DNA of 64,000 nucleotides, from contig PS015010.1 of assembly GCA_048213135.1 (NCBI GenBank), positions 1,364,001-1,428,000 of the forward strand, given 5' to 3'. Made by a program: the position numbers and the translations under genes. This DNA is from Reclinomonas americana ATCC 50394. Taxonomy: Eukaryota. This document shows positions 49,142 through 59,589 of this stretch, one piece after another. A model generated the notes under the pieces. The model was not told where the DNA came from, made no database searches, and was given only the letters and a program-made list of their open reading frames with translations. The first letter of the stretch is position 1; every line of letters begins with the position of its first letter.

Positions 49142-51751
49142 ATGGAACTGAGTAAAAATTTTGAACCGGCAGCGATTGACGCGAAATGGTACCAGCACTG
49201 GCTGGACAAAGGATATTTCAACAGTACTCCCGATGAAAGGGAGCCCTATACTATTGTCATACCCCCTCCCAATGTGACAGGTGTGCTGCACATGGGCCAT
49301 TGCCTCAACAACAGTATCCAGGATATACTCATCCGCCGGGCCCGTATGCAGGGCAAGAACGCCTGCTGGGTGCCGGGTACCGATCATGCTTCCATTGCCA
49401 CCGAAGCCAAAGTGGTAGGCATGCTCCGCGAAAGGGGTATTACCAAATCCTCTCTCAGCCGCGAGGAATTCCTTTCCTATGCCTGGGAATGGAAAGAGAA
49501 ATACGGCGGCATCATCCTGCAGCAGTTGAAAAAACTCGGCTGCAGCCTCGACTGGAACCGCACGTCCTTTACCATGGACAAGGATTACTATGAAAGCGTG
49601 ATCAAAGTGTTTGTAGCGCTGTATAAAAAAGGAGTGATCTACCGCGGAAAACGTATGATCAACTGGGACGTAAAAGCCAAAACGGCGCTGAGCGATGAAG
49701 AAGTGATCCGTAAAGAAACACAGCAGCAGCTCTATCACTTACGGTACCGCATAGACGGAGAAGACGACGCCGTAGTGATTGCTACCGTTCGCCCGGAAAC
49801 CATTATGGGCGATACCGCCATTTGTGTGCACCCCAACGATGAGAGGTATAAACACCTCCACGGTAAATACGCACTGGTGCCGCTGATCAACCGCCGCATC
49901 CCCATCATCACCGATGAATACGTGACCATGGACTTTGGTACCGGCGCCCTGAAAGTGACACCGGCACATGATATGAACGATTACCAGCTCGGACAGAAAC
50001 ACCAACTGGAGATCATCGATATTTTTAATGATGACGGCACGCTTAGTGAGGCCGCACAAATACACATCGGGCTCGACCGTTTCGATGCCCGCAAAGCCAT
50101 CGCCAGACAACTGGAAGAAGAAGGTTACCTGGTAAAGACAGAGCCTTACACCAGCGAAGTAGGTTACAGCGAACGTACCGACGCCGTGGTGGAACCCCGC
50201 CTGAGCCTGCAGTGGTGGGTAAGCATGAAAGACCTGTCTACACCGGCTTTGAAAGCCGTAATGGAAGAAGAGATCGCTTTCTACCCGCCCAAATTCAAGA
50301 ACCTCTACCGTCACTGGATGGAGAACATCAAGGACTGGTGCATCAGCCGCCAGTTGTGGTGGGGACATCGCATTCCCGCCTGGTACGATGCTGAAGGACG
50401 TTATGTGGTAGCAGAGAATGAGGCACAGGCACTCGATGCATTTTATGAACAATACGGTGTTGAGAACCCGGTGCTGAAACAGGATGATGATTGCCTGGAT
50501 ACCTGGTTCTCCTCCTGGTTGTGGCCGTTCGAAGTATTCAAAGGATTCAGCAATCCCGGTAACCCCGAAGTAAAATATTATTATCCTACCAATACCCTCG
50601 TTACCGCGCCGGAGATCATCTTCTTCTGGGTGGCAAGGATGATCATGGCGGGATTTGAATACATGGGAGAAAAACCCTTCCAGGCCGTGTACTTCACCGG
50701 TATTGTAAGGGATAACCAGGGCCGGAAGATGAGCAAGCAGCTGGGCAATTCACCCGACCTGCTGGGACTGATTGACCAGTATGGCGCCGACGCCGTTCGT
50801 TTCGGTATCATGATCGCCTCTCCTGCCGGCAACGATATTCTTTTTGACGAAAGCGCACTGGAGCAGGGCCGTAACTTCAACAACAAATTGTGGAACGCCC
50901 TGAAGCTGGTGAAAATGTGGGAAGGCAGGAAAGAAAAAGGGAACGGCGCTCCCAATTTCGCTGTACAATGGTTCCGCCAGCGGTTGAACCAGGCCCGTGC
51001 CGAAGTAGACAGCATGATGGACCAGTTCCGCCTCAATGAAGCGCTGAAAAGTGTATACTCGCTGATATGGGACGACTTCTGCAGCTGGTACCTCGAATGG
51101 GTAAAGCCCGGTTTTGAGCAACCTATTGATGCTGACGTATACGATCAAACGATTGCATTTTTCGAAGAACTGGTGCAGTTGCTGCATCCGTTCATGCCTT
51201 TCGTTACAGAAGAACTCTGGCACCTGCTGAAAAAGCAGGACAGCGACCTGGTGGTACAGCCCTACCCTGCTGTTCAGCCGGCCGATACCGCGTTGTTATC
51301 GCAGGGCGAATTGCTGAAACAGGTCATTACATCACTCCGCGAAGCCAGGAACAAGAATCAGCTGAAACCGAAAGAAACGATCACGCTTCATATTCAGCCC
51401 GTGGCGCAGGACAGCTACAGCAACATCGAAGGCATACTGATGCGGCAGGTGAACGCGGAAAAGATCAGCTATGCGAATGAACCCGTTGCCAACAGCATTG
51501 TGGTAGCCGTGGAGCAGGATAAATTCTATATCGAAACCGGGAAAGAACTTGACACCGAATCGCTGAAGGATGACCTGCTGAAAGATCTTGAGCACCAGAA
51601 AGGTTTCCTGCAATCGGTATTGAAAAAACTGGGCAACGAAAGATTTGTACAGAATGCGAAGCCGGAAGTAGTGGAACTGGAGCGCAAGAAACAGGCCGAT
51701 GCCGAAGCGAGGATCAGGACCATCGAGGAAAGCCTGGCAACAATTCGTTAA
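49142..51751 (+). CDS. valS: Valine--tRNA ligase
   Basis: PPPNVTGVLHMGH, DWCISRQLWWGH, KMSKQ, C-terminal coiled coil. Confidence 0.98.
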   Translation: MELSKNFEPAAIDAKWYQHWLDKGYFNSTPDEREPYTIVIPPPNVTGVLHMGHCLNNSIQDILIRRARMQGKNACWVPGTDHASIATEAKVVGMLRERGITKSSLSREEFLSYAWEWKEKYGGIILQQLKKLGCSLDWNRTSFTMDKDYYESVIKVFVALYKKGVIYRGKRMINWDVKAKTALSDEEVIRKETQQQLYHLRYRIDGEDDAVVIATVRPETIMGDTAICVHPNDERYKHLHGKYALVPLINRRIPIITDEYVTMDFGTGALKVTPAHDMNDYQLGQKHQLEIIDIFNDDGTLSEAAQIHIGLDRFDARKAIARQLEEEGYLVKTEPYTSEVGYSERTDAVVEPRLSLQWWVSMKDLSTPALKAVMEEEIAFYPPKFKNLYRHWMENIKDWCISRQLWWGHRIPAWYDAEGRYVVAENEAQALDAFYEQYGVENPVLKQDDDCLDTWFSSWLWPFEVFKGFSNPGNPEVKYYYPTNTLVTAPEIIFFWVARMIMAGFEYMGEKPFQAVYFTGIVRDNQGRKMSKQLGNSPDLLGLIDQYGADAVRFGIMIASPAGNDILFDESALEQGRNFNNKLWNALKLVKMWEGRKEKGNGAPNFAVQWFRQRLNQARAEVDSMMDQFRLNEALKSVYSLIWDDFCSWYLEWVKPGFEQPIDADVYDQTIAFFEELVQLLHPFMPFVTEELWHLLKKQDSDLVVQPYPAVQPADTALLSQGELLKQVITSLREARNKNQLKPKETITLHIQPVAQDSYSNIEGILMRQVNAEKISYANEPVANSIVVAVEQDKFYIETGKELDTESLKDDLLKDLEHQKGFLQSVLKKLGNERFVQNAKPEVVELERKKQADAEARIRTIEESLATIR

Positions 51752-51810
51752 ATCGTGGTACAGCACACTATTTGTACGCCTATTTCGTTGTATCTTCAAA
51801 AATAAAAGCT

Positions 51811-52296
51811 ATGCCAGCTGCACCCAAAGTAATGATGTTGATACTGATGGTTTCCGCGATGTGCGGAGCCATGGCCCAGAAACCGGGTGCTTCCGGGAAC
51901 AGGGGCGCAGCAGCCCAGCAAAAGGCAAAACCTAAATTCCGCACCCAGCTGGGCAACTACACCGACTCCGCCACTGTTACCGTTGATGAAGCGGAAAAAC
52001 TGGTGGTCCTCCCGTTGGTGATCACCGACGACAAAAACCAGGTGTACACCATTTCCACTTACCAGCTGGCTTATACCCGCCTGGCAGTTACGGAAGATGA
52101 GAAAACAGGTAAGGTAACCCCTACTACCAGTCTTGTTGCCAAGCAGTTCACCGCAACGCCGGTTCCCGCAGCATGGTCAAAATTCGTAGTTGAGCAGCTG
52201 AAGCCGGGCGAGCAGTTGTATTTCTTTGATATTGTTGCTAAAGATGCCAAAGGCAAACTTTACTTTGTGCCTGAGTTGCGCATCAAAACAAAGTAA
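51811..52296 (+). CDS. Secreted hypothetical protein, resembles GldM C-terminal domain
   Basis: Signal peptide; ends LKPGEQLYFFDIVAKDAKGK..ELRIK. Similarity judged by eye. Confidence 0.55.
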   Translation: MPAAPKVMMLILMVSAMCGAMAQKPGASGNRGAAAQQKAKPKFRTQLGNYTDSATVTVDEAEKLVVLPLVITDDKNQVYTISTYQLAYTRLAVTEDEKTGKVTPTTSLVAKQFTATPVPAAWSKFVVEQLKPGEQLYFFDIVAKDAKGKLYFVPELRIKTK

Positions 52297-52298
52297 TC

Positions 52299-52802
52299 AT
52301 GTTACATATTGAAAAAGCGGGTGAAGAAGCCATTCCCGCCATACAGGAGCTGGCACAAATTACCTGGCCGGTTACTTACGGTCCCATATTGCCTGCCCAT
52401 CAGCTGGAGTATATGCTGGAACTTATTTACAGCACCGCTGCCCTGCAGGAACAAATGCAAAAAGGGCACCGTTTCATCCTGGCCATTGATGACGGGCAGC
52501 CTGTCGCTTTTGCCTCCTATTCCGTAAAACAGGAAAGTGATCCTTCACTTTACAGGCTTCACAAACTGTACATCGATCCTTCGCAGCAGGGAAAAGGGCT
52601 GGGGCGGATACTGGTTGATCATATCGTTAACGATATTGTTCCGAAAGGCGCCACCGTACTGGAACTGAACGTAAACCGGTTCAACAAGGCCAAAACATTC
52701 TATGAGCGTTTAGGCTTTACCGTTACCAGTGAAGAAGATATCGATATCGGCAACGGGTATTTTATGAATGATTATGTGATGCAGTTAAAGATGATGGCTT
52801 AA
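52299..52802 (+). CDS. GNAT acetyltransferase
   Basis: KLYIDPSQQGKGLG, LNVNRFNKAKTFYERLGF. Confidence 0.9.
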   Translation: MLHIEKAGEEAIPAIQELAQITWPVTYGPILPAHQLEYMLELIYSTAALQEQMQKGHRFILAIDDGQPVAFASYSVKQESDPSLYRLHKLYIDPSQQGKGLGRILVDHIVNDIVPKGATVLELNVNRFNKAKTFYERLGFTVTSEEDIDIGNGYFMNDYVMQLKMMA

Positions 52803-52803
52803 T

Positions 52804-52860
52804 GAGATAATTTGAAGATTTGAAAATAGTATCATCCAATCTTCAAATCTCTTATCTCCT
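52804..52860. repeat. Octamer-based inverted repeat between convergent genes
   Basis: GAGATAATTTGAAGATTTGAAAAT ... CAATCTTCAAATCTCTTATCTC. Confidence 0.65.
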
Positions 52861-52862
52861 GT

Positions 52863-53360
52863 TCAAAGCACCTCATGCGTTTGTTTGATCACCCCCATCA
52901 CAAACACACTCTGCACATGTCCCATATTCTCGATCGGGCTGAGTTTGTTCACGTGAAAATCGTAATAAGCGTTCATATCCTCGCAGATCACCTTCAGCAT
53001 AAAATCAAATTCGCCTGAAATATTGAAACACTCGATCACTTCGGTAAGGCCGTTGATCGTTTTGATGAACTGGTTACCGGCATTCTTGCTGTGCTCCTTC
53101 AGGGAAACATAGCAGATCACCATCAGGCTTTTCTTCAGCCTGGCGGGGTCCAGCAGGGCCACATATTGCCTGATCACACCATCCTGCTCCATGCGCTTGA
53201 TACGCTCATGCACCGGAGTGGTACTCAGGTGTACCTGCTCAGAGATCTCCTTCACCGTGATCCTGGCATTCTGCTGCAGCAATTTCAGTATGGCCAGGTC
53301 TTTGGCATCTAACTGTACAGGTACAACAGGTGAATTTTCTTTTTTGACTGTTTTTGCCAT
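52863..53360 (-). CDS. Lrp/AsnC-family transcriptional regulator
   Basis: LDAKDLAILKLLQQNAR..LSTTPVHERIKRME..ECFNISGEFDFMLKV. Confidence 0.93.
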   Translation of the reverse strand: MAKTVKKENSPVVPVQLDAKDLAILKLLQQNARITVKEISEQVHLSTTPVHERIKRMEQDGVIRQYVALLDPARLKKSLMVICYVSLKEHSKNAGNQFIKTINGLTEVIECFNISGEFDFMLKVICEDMNAYYDFHVNKLSPIENMGHVQSVFVMGVIKQTHEVL

Positions 53361-53451
53361 GTAAAACAATTAAAATATGCTGCAAAGTAACAAAATAGTC
53401 AGTTTTTGTTCTAAATTTTATGATTCGTATAGAGATTTATCCTGCAAAAAC

Positions 53452-53459
53452 TAACTTTG
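53452..53459 (+). promoter_or_regulatory. -7 promoter element of ahcY
   Basis: TAACTTTG 18 nt before ATG 53478. Confidence 0.7.
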
Positions 53460-53477
53460 CAGCCTAAACAATACAAT

Positions 53478-54806
53478 ATGTCAGCAATTACTAATGCGAA
53501 CATCGATTTCAGCCTTCCTTACAAGGTGAAAGATATGAGCCTCGCCGAATGGGGCCGTAAAGAAATTAAACTGGCGGAAGCCGAAATGCCGGGCCTGATG
53601 GCGCTTCGTGAAGAGTACGGAGCCAGCCAGCCGCTGAAAGGCGCACGCATCGCCGGTTGTCTTCACATGACCATCCAGACGGCCGTTCTCATTGAGACCC
53701 TGGTTGCCCTGGGTGCGGAAGTAAAATGGAGTTCCTGCAATATCTTTTCTACACAGGACCAGGCTGCTGCTGCTATTGCCGCTGCCGGTATCGGTGTTTT
53801 TGCCTGGAAAGGACAAACCCAGGAAGAAGCCGACTGGTGTATTGAACAAACTTTATTCTTTGGCGGCGCCGACCGCCCGCTGAATATGATCCTCGACGAT
53901 GGCGGCGATCTGACCAATATGGTATTTGATAAATATCCTGAACTGATCCAGCACGTAAGGGGCCTGAGTGAAGAAACCACTACCGGTGTTCACCGCCTGT
54001 ACGAAAGGATGGAAAAAGGCACCCTGCCCGTTCCTTCCATCAATGTGAACGATTCTGTTACCAAATCCAAATTCGATAACAAATACGGTTGTAAAGAAAG
54101 CCTGGTGGATGCGATTCGCCGCGCTACCGACGTTATGATGGCCGGTAAAGTGGCTGTTGTAGGCAGTTATGGTGACGTGGGTAAAGGTTCCGCAGCTTCG
54201 CTGAAAGGCGCCGGTTGCCGTGTGATCGTTACCGAGATCGACCCCATCTGCGCCCTGCAGGCCGCTATGGACGGTTTTGAAGTAAAGCCGATGATCGAAG
54301 CGGTGAAAGAAGCCGACATCGTTGTTACCGCCAGTGGTTGCCGCGACCTCATCACAGAAAAACATTTCAGGCTGATGAAAGACAAGGCGATCGTTTGTAA
54401 CATCGGTCACTTTGATATTGAGATTGACATGGCCTGGCTGAACGCTAACTATGGCAATACCAAGAATACCATTAAACCACAGGTTGACCTGTATACCATC
54501 GATGGTAAAGACGTGATCATCCTGGCTGAAGGCCGCCTGGTGAACCTGGGTTGCGCCACTGGTCACCCCAGCTTTGTAATGAGCAACAGCTTTACCAACC
54601 AGACACTGGCCCAGATTGAACTGTGGACCAACCACAGTAATTATGAAAACAAAGTTTACGTGCTGCCTAAGCATCTTGATGAGAAAGTGGCCCGTTTGCA
54701 TTTGGCTAAAATTGGTGTAGTTTTGGATGTGCTCACCGATGAGCAGGCTGCTTACCTGGGCATCACAAAAGAAGGTCCTTTTAAAGCAGAACATTACCGT
54801 TACTAA
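53478..54806 (+). CDS. ahcY: Adenosylhomocysteinase
   Basis: [51 protein letters not shown]. Confidence 0.98.
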   Translation: MSAITNANIDFSLPYKVKDMSLAEWGRKEIKLAEAEMPGLMALREEYGASQPLKGARIAGCLHMTIQTAVLIETLVALGAEVKWSSCNIFSTQDQAAAAIAAAGIGVFAWKGQTQEEADWCIEQTLFFGGADRPLNMILDDGGDLTNMVFDKYPELIQHVRGLSEETTTGVHRLYERMEKGTLPVPSINVNDSVTKSKFDNKYGCKESLVDAIRRATDVMMAGKVAVVGSYGDVGKGSAASLKGAGCRVIVTEIDPICALQAAMDGFEVKPMIEAVKEADIVVTASGCRDLITEKHFRLMKDKAIVCNIGHFDIEIDMAWLNANYGNTKNTIKPQVDLYTIDGKDVIILAEGRLVNLGCATGHPSFVMSNSFTNQTLAQIELWTNHSNYENKVYVLPKHLDEKVARLHLAKIGVVLDVLTDEQAAYLGITKEGPFKAEHYRY

Positions 54807-54892
54807 TCGTCTTTTTTTAAAGGTGAATAAATAGTCCTGGGCCATTCCTGGTCCGGGGCTTCTTTTTGATAGTCCCTTAATTGGAATATATT

Positions 54893-54968
54893 TCCCACGA
54901 AAACACAAAGAACACTAAGTATATATTCTATCTGGCAACCCTTTGCGGCCTTAGTGGCTTTGGAGGGA
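54893..54968. repeat. Nonamer-based imperfect inverted repeat (REP-like)
   Basis: TCCCACGAAAA CACAAAGAA CACTAAG ... CTTTGCGGC CTTAGTGGC TTTGGAGGGA. Confidence 0.6.
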
Positions 54969-55033
54969 GAGCACATTTCTTTTCAAACTGGGACACTACC
55001 TTCTTTTTAAGGTTACACCTTGTCAGCAACCAT

Positions 55034-55041
55034 TAACTTTG
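55034..55041 (+). promoter_or_regulatory. -7 promoter element of pdxJ
   Basis: TAACTTTG 18 nt before the ATG. Confidence 0.65.
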
Positions 55042-55059
55042 CAGTAAATCTTCCGGGCA

Positions 55060-55782
55060 ATGACACGTCTTTCCGTTAACATCAACAAACTGGCCACACT
55101 CCGCAACAGCCGCGGCGGCAATAATCCTGATCTCATCAAATCCGCGCTGGACATTGAACGTTTTGGTGCCGACGGCATTACGGTACACCCCCGCCCGGAT
55201 GAACGCCATATCCGCTATGCGGATGTATACGATCTTAAACGCATTATCCGCACCGAATTCAACATCGAAGGCAATTGCACCGAACAGAGTTTCGTGGACC
55301 TGGTACTGGCCAATCAACCCGGGCAGGTAACGCTGGTACCCGACGGACATAACCAGATCACCAGCAATCATGGCTGGAATACGATCGAACACAGGAACTA
55401 CCTTACCGGAATGATCCGGATCTTTAAAGAGGCAGGAATAAGGGTATCCATATTTGTTGACCCGGTAGTGGAAATGGTGGAAGGCGCCAAAGCCACAGGC
55501 ACTGACCGTATAGAGCTGTATACCGAAGGTTATGCCCGCCAGTATGCAGCAGGAGAAAAAGAAGCCGCCATTGCCCCATACATAGCCGCAGCGCAAAAGG
55601 CCAATGAACTGGGACTGGGTATTAATGCCGGGCATGATCTCGATTTGCACAACCTTCAATACTTCGCCAGTCATGTACCCGGCCTGCAGGAAGTATCCAT
55701 CGGGCACGCCCTTATCTGCGACGCCATTTACCTGGGACTGGAGAATACCGTACAGCTATACAAAAGATGTCTCAATTCGTAA
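55060..55782 (+). CDS. pdxJ: Pyridoxine 5'-phosphate synthase
   Basis: LSVNINKLATLRNSRG, GITVHPRPDERHI, INAGHDL, EVSIGHAL. Confidence 0.97.
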   Translation: MTRLSVNINKLATLRNSRGGNNPDLIKSALDIERFGADGITVHPRPDERHIRYADVYDLKRIIRTEFNIEGNCTEQSFVDLVLANQPGQVTLVPDGHNQITSNHGWNTIEHRNYLTGMIRIFKEAGIRVSIFVDPVVEMVEGAKATGTDRIELYTEGYARQYAAGEKEAAIAPYIAAAQKANELGLGINAGHDLDLHNLQYFASHVPGLQEVSIGHALICDAIYLGLENTVQLYKRCLNS

Positions 55783-55812
55783 TTCGTAATTCGTAATTCG
55801 TAATTCGTAATT
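55774..55812 (+). repeat. Perfect tandem heptamer (AATTCGT)x5.6
   Basis: Five exact copies plus AATT; overlaps the pdxJ stop codon. Confidence 0.95.
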
Positions 55813-56061
55813 AAAAGACGCCTTCCTTCCACTGCAGGTTGCCTTTACCCAAACGCATCCGCCACGTTTTATAACGGGTATTTTAAACGGTAGTCCTATT
55901 GAAAAACTGCGATTCTTCCCCGTAGTTTCACCCTGTCTTTACCATATTTAAATCACACCAGATTGGGTTTATTACCAGTTGCAGCCACTAACGGTTAAGC
56001 CTACTTTTATAACCGGTAATAACCATTCCATAAACCCAATTCATAACCAAAAAACTACCTT

Positions 56062-59000
56062 ATGAGTAACTTCAGACAGGTATGCAGGCAACTTCTGCTC
56101 GCCTTCATGCTGATCGGTTGTTGTGCCGCTGTCAGGGCACAATTCTCGCCGGTCGAATCCAAGAACGGGTTCTCTTTACAAAAGGGGACCAGTTTGTCAT
56201 CCGTAAAATCGGGTGATATTTTTACCTACACGATCAACTTTTCCATCCCCGCGGGTGCCCTGGGTGTGTACATCGTTGATAATGTACCTGCACCGCTGGT
56301 GATCGATGCCATCACAGTAGCCCCCAACTACAGTGGCTTTGTTCCCACTGTAACACAAACGACTTCAAGTGTGTCACTTTTCTTTAACTCTGTGACCACA
56401 AGCATCAGCGGCTCCTTCCAAGTGCATGTTCACTTTCCGGTGGACTCTGCGTGTAATGGCCGCCGCGTGACCAACGTTGCCGAGCTGAGGGCCGAACGTC
56501 CGCAGACCTACCTGGTTACAAAAGGTATCGATGTTACATCAATCGTCGACAACCCATGGCGTATCCAGAAATATCCGAACTCGCCCAATATTGTATATAT
56601 GGGTAACAACTGTTACGGAACGACTTCCGATACAGTGGATTTCACCATCCGTGTTGTAAAACAATGGTGGACGCTTTCCGGATCTGCCTCCTGGTACAAC
56701 GTGAGCCTGCAGGATATACTCCCGCCGGGCGCATTCGTAATTCCTTCTACTTATGTACCAAACGCCAATCTAACGGGAAGTTCCATCAGTACGACAGGCG
56801 TTATATCGTTACCGCCAGGGTTCAAACTCGACGCCAATGCGAATAATGTATACCTGGCTACATTTAAGATAAGGCACACCCCTATCCTGGATACCCTCAA
56901 CTGCGTAATCAATACAGCCGTACTGAAAGCTACAGACGCATGTAATGTGTCGCATGGCGATACGTCACGTGTAGGTGTAAGAAAAATACCACCTGCGCCG
57001 ATCGGCAGGCTGAGTAAATCGGTTAGTGTATCCGGTAATCTTCCGGGATGTACAGGAAGGTACACGATCAGGGTATGCAATACAGGATCCGCTGCACTTC
57101 CGGCCTATACATTAAATGATCCGTTCCCATCCTGTCTTACAGGCGTTACTTTATTCAGCGCCACACCCGGATGTACGGTAACACCGCTGGGTTCTAATAA
57201 TTTTGACTTTGCCGGTCCATCACTGCCGCCGGGTCAATGCCATACTTATGTATTTGACTTTGTTATTGGTACGGGTTGCACAGGTACGGTTACCAACACG
57301 GTAACTGCCACTTCCGGCTTCACAGGTTCGGCCAGCGCCAACATCTGGATGCTGCCGCTTGCAGCCACACCATGTCTCACCAAATCCATTTGCAGCCCCC
57401 TGCCTACCATTTACACGCCGGGCACGACTGTACGTTTCAGGCTGAGGGTACAAAACATCGGCGGTACGCCTATAACCGGCGGCACCATCACCGATCAGCT
57501 GGACAACAGCAACCTTGAATATGTAGGTAACGAAACGTATTACGGTTATATTAACCCGTTTGCACCATGTGGCGTTAATCCTTCCAACCCGAACTATGTT
57601 CCATTTACGGCAACTCCCGGACACAATCCCAGCACAGGACTTTTGAAATGGAGTCTGCCCAATATCGGTACAGATTGTGGCAATGTGCCTTATCCTGCCT
57701 GCGGATTCGCATACGGACTGAAAGCATACTACATCGAGTTCGACGTTAAGATCAAAGACACAGCAGGTTTGGGTAACCTCCTCAACTGTGCTACCATTAC
57801 CGGTACTAACGTTAGTCCGTCTGTTACCGCATGCGTAACCTTCGTTACCAAAGGCAACCTGAACTATAATATCACCAAACAGGTAAGCGGTGACAATGGT
57901 GCTACTTTCGGCGCTTCAACCACGGCCGGCGCGGGTGGTACTGTACAGTTCAAACTGGGATCGGTAAACAGCGGTATCGCTCTTATCAATCCTGTACTCG
58001 TTGACCTGCTGCCAAGAGATAACGGCACCAGTGATTACATGATCATGAGCTGTGCCAACAGGGGAAGTGCGTATGACATCCGCTACAATTCATTTGTCAG
58101 CAGTTCTCATACCTTCTCTTCACAACTCTTCAGTGGTGTTGCAGCTGCCAATACCAACCCTGAGCTGAGCGTAACCTGTGGTTCCACTGCCCCAGCCTGG
58201 GCGGTAGCTCCGTCAGTTGGCGCGGCCAACCTGAGGGTACAGCTGAACCAGGCCATTACTGCATCACCAGCACTGGGTTATATTTTCAGCGCCACTACCG
58301 ATCCTTCCGCAAAAGAAAACGATGTGGCCTGTAATAACTGGGCAATGAGGGGTGCGGCCAAATACGTTATCAATTACGTGACCTCCTACCCGCTCCAGGT
58401 TCCGTCAGAATCAGGCACCGCCTGCGTAACGATCAAGAAAGATTGTTGCAAACCGCTGGGCTTCGACATCCCGACTGAACTCTGCATCAACGCCAGTACC
58501 AAATTCTGTGTAAAAGACACCTGTCATCCGCAGAATATTTACTACTGGGATTTCGGTGACGGAACACCACAACAAACCGGTGTTTGCGTGAACCACACCT
58601 ACACCTCAACAGGCACTTTCGTGATCACCGTGAAATGGAAAGACGATTGCGGTGAGTATGTGAAAGAGTTCCAGGTTAAAGTGGATAAATGCTGCTGCAA
58701 ACCTATCGGCTTCGACATACCGAAAGAACTTTGCTACAAATACTTCTACAAATTCTGCGTGAAAGACACCTGCAACCCGCAGAATACGTACTACTGGGAT
58801 TTCGGTGACGGTACTCCTGTACAAACAGGTGTATGCGTAAGCCATGCGTACGGTTCTCCTGGCGCTTATACCATCGTGGTAAAATGGAAAGACGACTGCG
58901 GTGAATACTATGAGAAATTTGACGTAAAAGTGGAAGAATGTCATTGCGACGTGAAAACCAAATTTACCGTTCAAACCTCCGGTCATGATATCATTGCCGA

Positions 59001-59529
59001 CGGCTCTGCCACTACCAGCTCCTACCCGATCGCCATCTATGTATGGGACTTCGGTGATGGCGCTTACGGTACAGGTACTATCGTTAACCATACCTATGCC
59101 AACGATGGCTGGTATGTGATCAAACTGACCGTATACGTATTGGATGCCAATGGCAATATCTGCGAATGTAAAGACGAATGCAGGGTTGAAGTATATGTTG
59201 ACAAGGACAAGGAAAGCATCTTCTATTGCAATCTTGATCCTCAAAAACAAGTGAAAGCAGTTCAGAATGTAATTCTGAAAGCTTCGCCCAATCCGTTCCG
59301 CGACAACATTGTTGTAAGTTTCGACTTCGTGAACAAAGCCAAGGTTGACCAATCCGGCTACCAGCTGGACCTGGTGAGTGCACAAGGCATTGTTCTGCAA
59401 ACCAGAAAACTGAAAAACCTGGAACGTAATGTTTCACTCGATTCGAAGCTGTATGCTTCAGGTATCTATTTTATCGTTCTGAAAAACCTGAAAGGTGAAG
59501 TCCAGAACATGAGGGTGGTTAAGTTGTAA
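56062..59529 (+). CDS. Large Cys-rich T9SS-secreted adhesin-like protein (DUF11-like x5, PKD x3, CTD)
   Basis: Signal peptide; repeated K-S/V..YTIRV.N.G..D.LP domains; three WDFGDG PKD domains; CTD ASPNPFRD..YASGIYFIVL..RVVKL. Confidence 0.85.
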   Translation: MSNFRQVCRQLLLAFMLIGCCAAVRAQFSPVESKNGFSLQKGTSLSSVKSGDIFTYTINFSIPAGALGVYIVDNVPAPLVIDAITVAPNYSGFVPTVTQTTSSVSLFFNSVTTSISGSFQVHVHFPVDSACNGRRVTNVAELRAERPQTYLVTKGIDVTSIVDNPWRIQKYPNSPNIVYMGNNCYGTTSDTVDFTIRVVKQWWTLSGSASWYNVSLQDILPPGAFVIPSTYVPNANLTGSSISTTGVISLPPGFKLDANANNVYLATFKIRHTPILDTLNCVINTAVLKATDACNVSHGDTSRVGVRKIPPAPIGRLSKSVSVSGNLPGCTGRYTIRVCNTGSAALPAYTLNDPFPSCLTGVTLFSATPGCTVTPLGSNNFDFAGPSLPPGQCHTYVFDFVIGTGCTGTVTNTVTATSGFTGSASANIWMLPLAATPCLTKSICSPLPTIYTPGTTVRFRLRVQNIGGTPITGGTITDQLDNSNLEYVGNETYYGYINPFAPCGVNPSNPNYVPFTATPGHNPSTGLLKWSLPNIGTDCGNVPYPACGFAYGLKAYYIEFDVKIKDTAGLGNLLNCATITGTNVSPSVTACVTFVTKGNLNYNITKQVSGDNGATFGASTTAGAGGTVQFKLGSVNSGIALINPVLVDLLPRDNGTSDYMIMSCANRGSAYDIRYNSFVSSSHTFSSQLFSGVAAANTNPELSVTCGSTAPAWAVAPSVGAANLRVQLNQAITASPALGYIFSATTDPSAKENDVACNNWAMRGAAKYVINYVTSYPLQVPSESGTACVTIKKDCCKPLGFDIPTELCINASTKFCVKDTCHPQNIYYWDFGDGTPQQTGVCVNHTYTSTGTFVITVKWKDDCGEYVKEFQVKVDKCCCKPIGFDIPKELCYKYFYKFCVKDTCNPQNTYYWDFGDGTPVQTGVCVSHAYGSPGAYTIVVKWKDDCGEYYEKFDVKVEECHCDVKTKFTVQTSGHDIIADGSATTSSYPIAIYVWDFGDGAYGTGTIVNHTYANDGWYVIKLTVYVLDANGNICECKDECRVEVYVDKDKESIFYCNLDPQKQVKAVQNVILKASPNPFRDNIVVSFDFVNKAKVDQSGYQLDLVSAQGIVLQTRKLKNLERNVSLDSKLYASGIYFIVLKNLKGEVQNMRVVKL
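58444..58941 (+). repeat. Tandem 249-nt (83 aa) duplication of a Cys-rich PKD domain
   Basis: CCKPLGFDIPTELC..KFCVKDTCHPQN.YYWDFGDG..VKWKDDCGEY versus CCKPIGFDIPKELC..KFCVKDTCNPQN.YYWDFGDG..VKWKDDCGEY. Confidence 0.9.
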
Positions 59530-59554
59530 CCCCCTGATCCGTACCCCCAGAAAC

Positions 59555-59589
59555 AAAAGGTTGTCACTTAATTGTGACAACCTTTTTTT
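59555..59589. terminator. Bidirectional intrinsic terminator
   Basis: AAAAGGTTGTCAC-ttaatt-GTGACAACCTTTTTTT between convergent genes. Confidence 0.88.

Noticed and set aside
53361-53477. SAH/SAM riboswitch before ahcY
   Set aside because: The promoter element is 18 nt from the start codon and no aptamer motif is seen.
55774-55812. Possible CRISPR array
   Set aside because: 7-nt tandem units with no spacers; no cas genes or 25-45 nt spaced repeats seen anywhere in the window.
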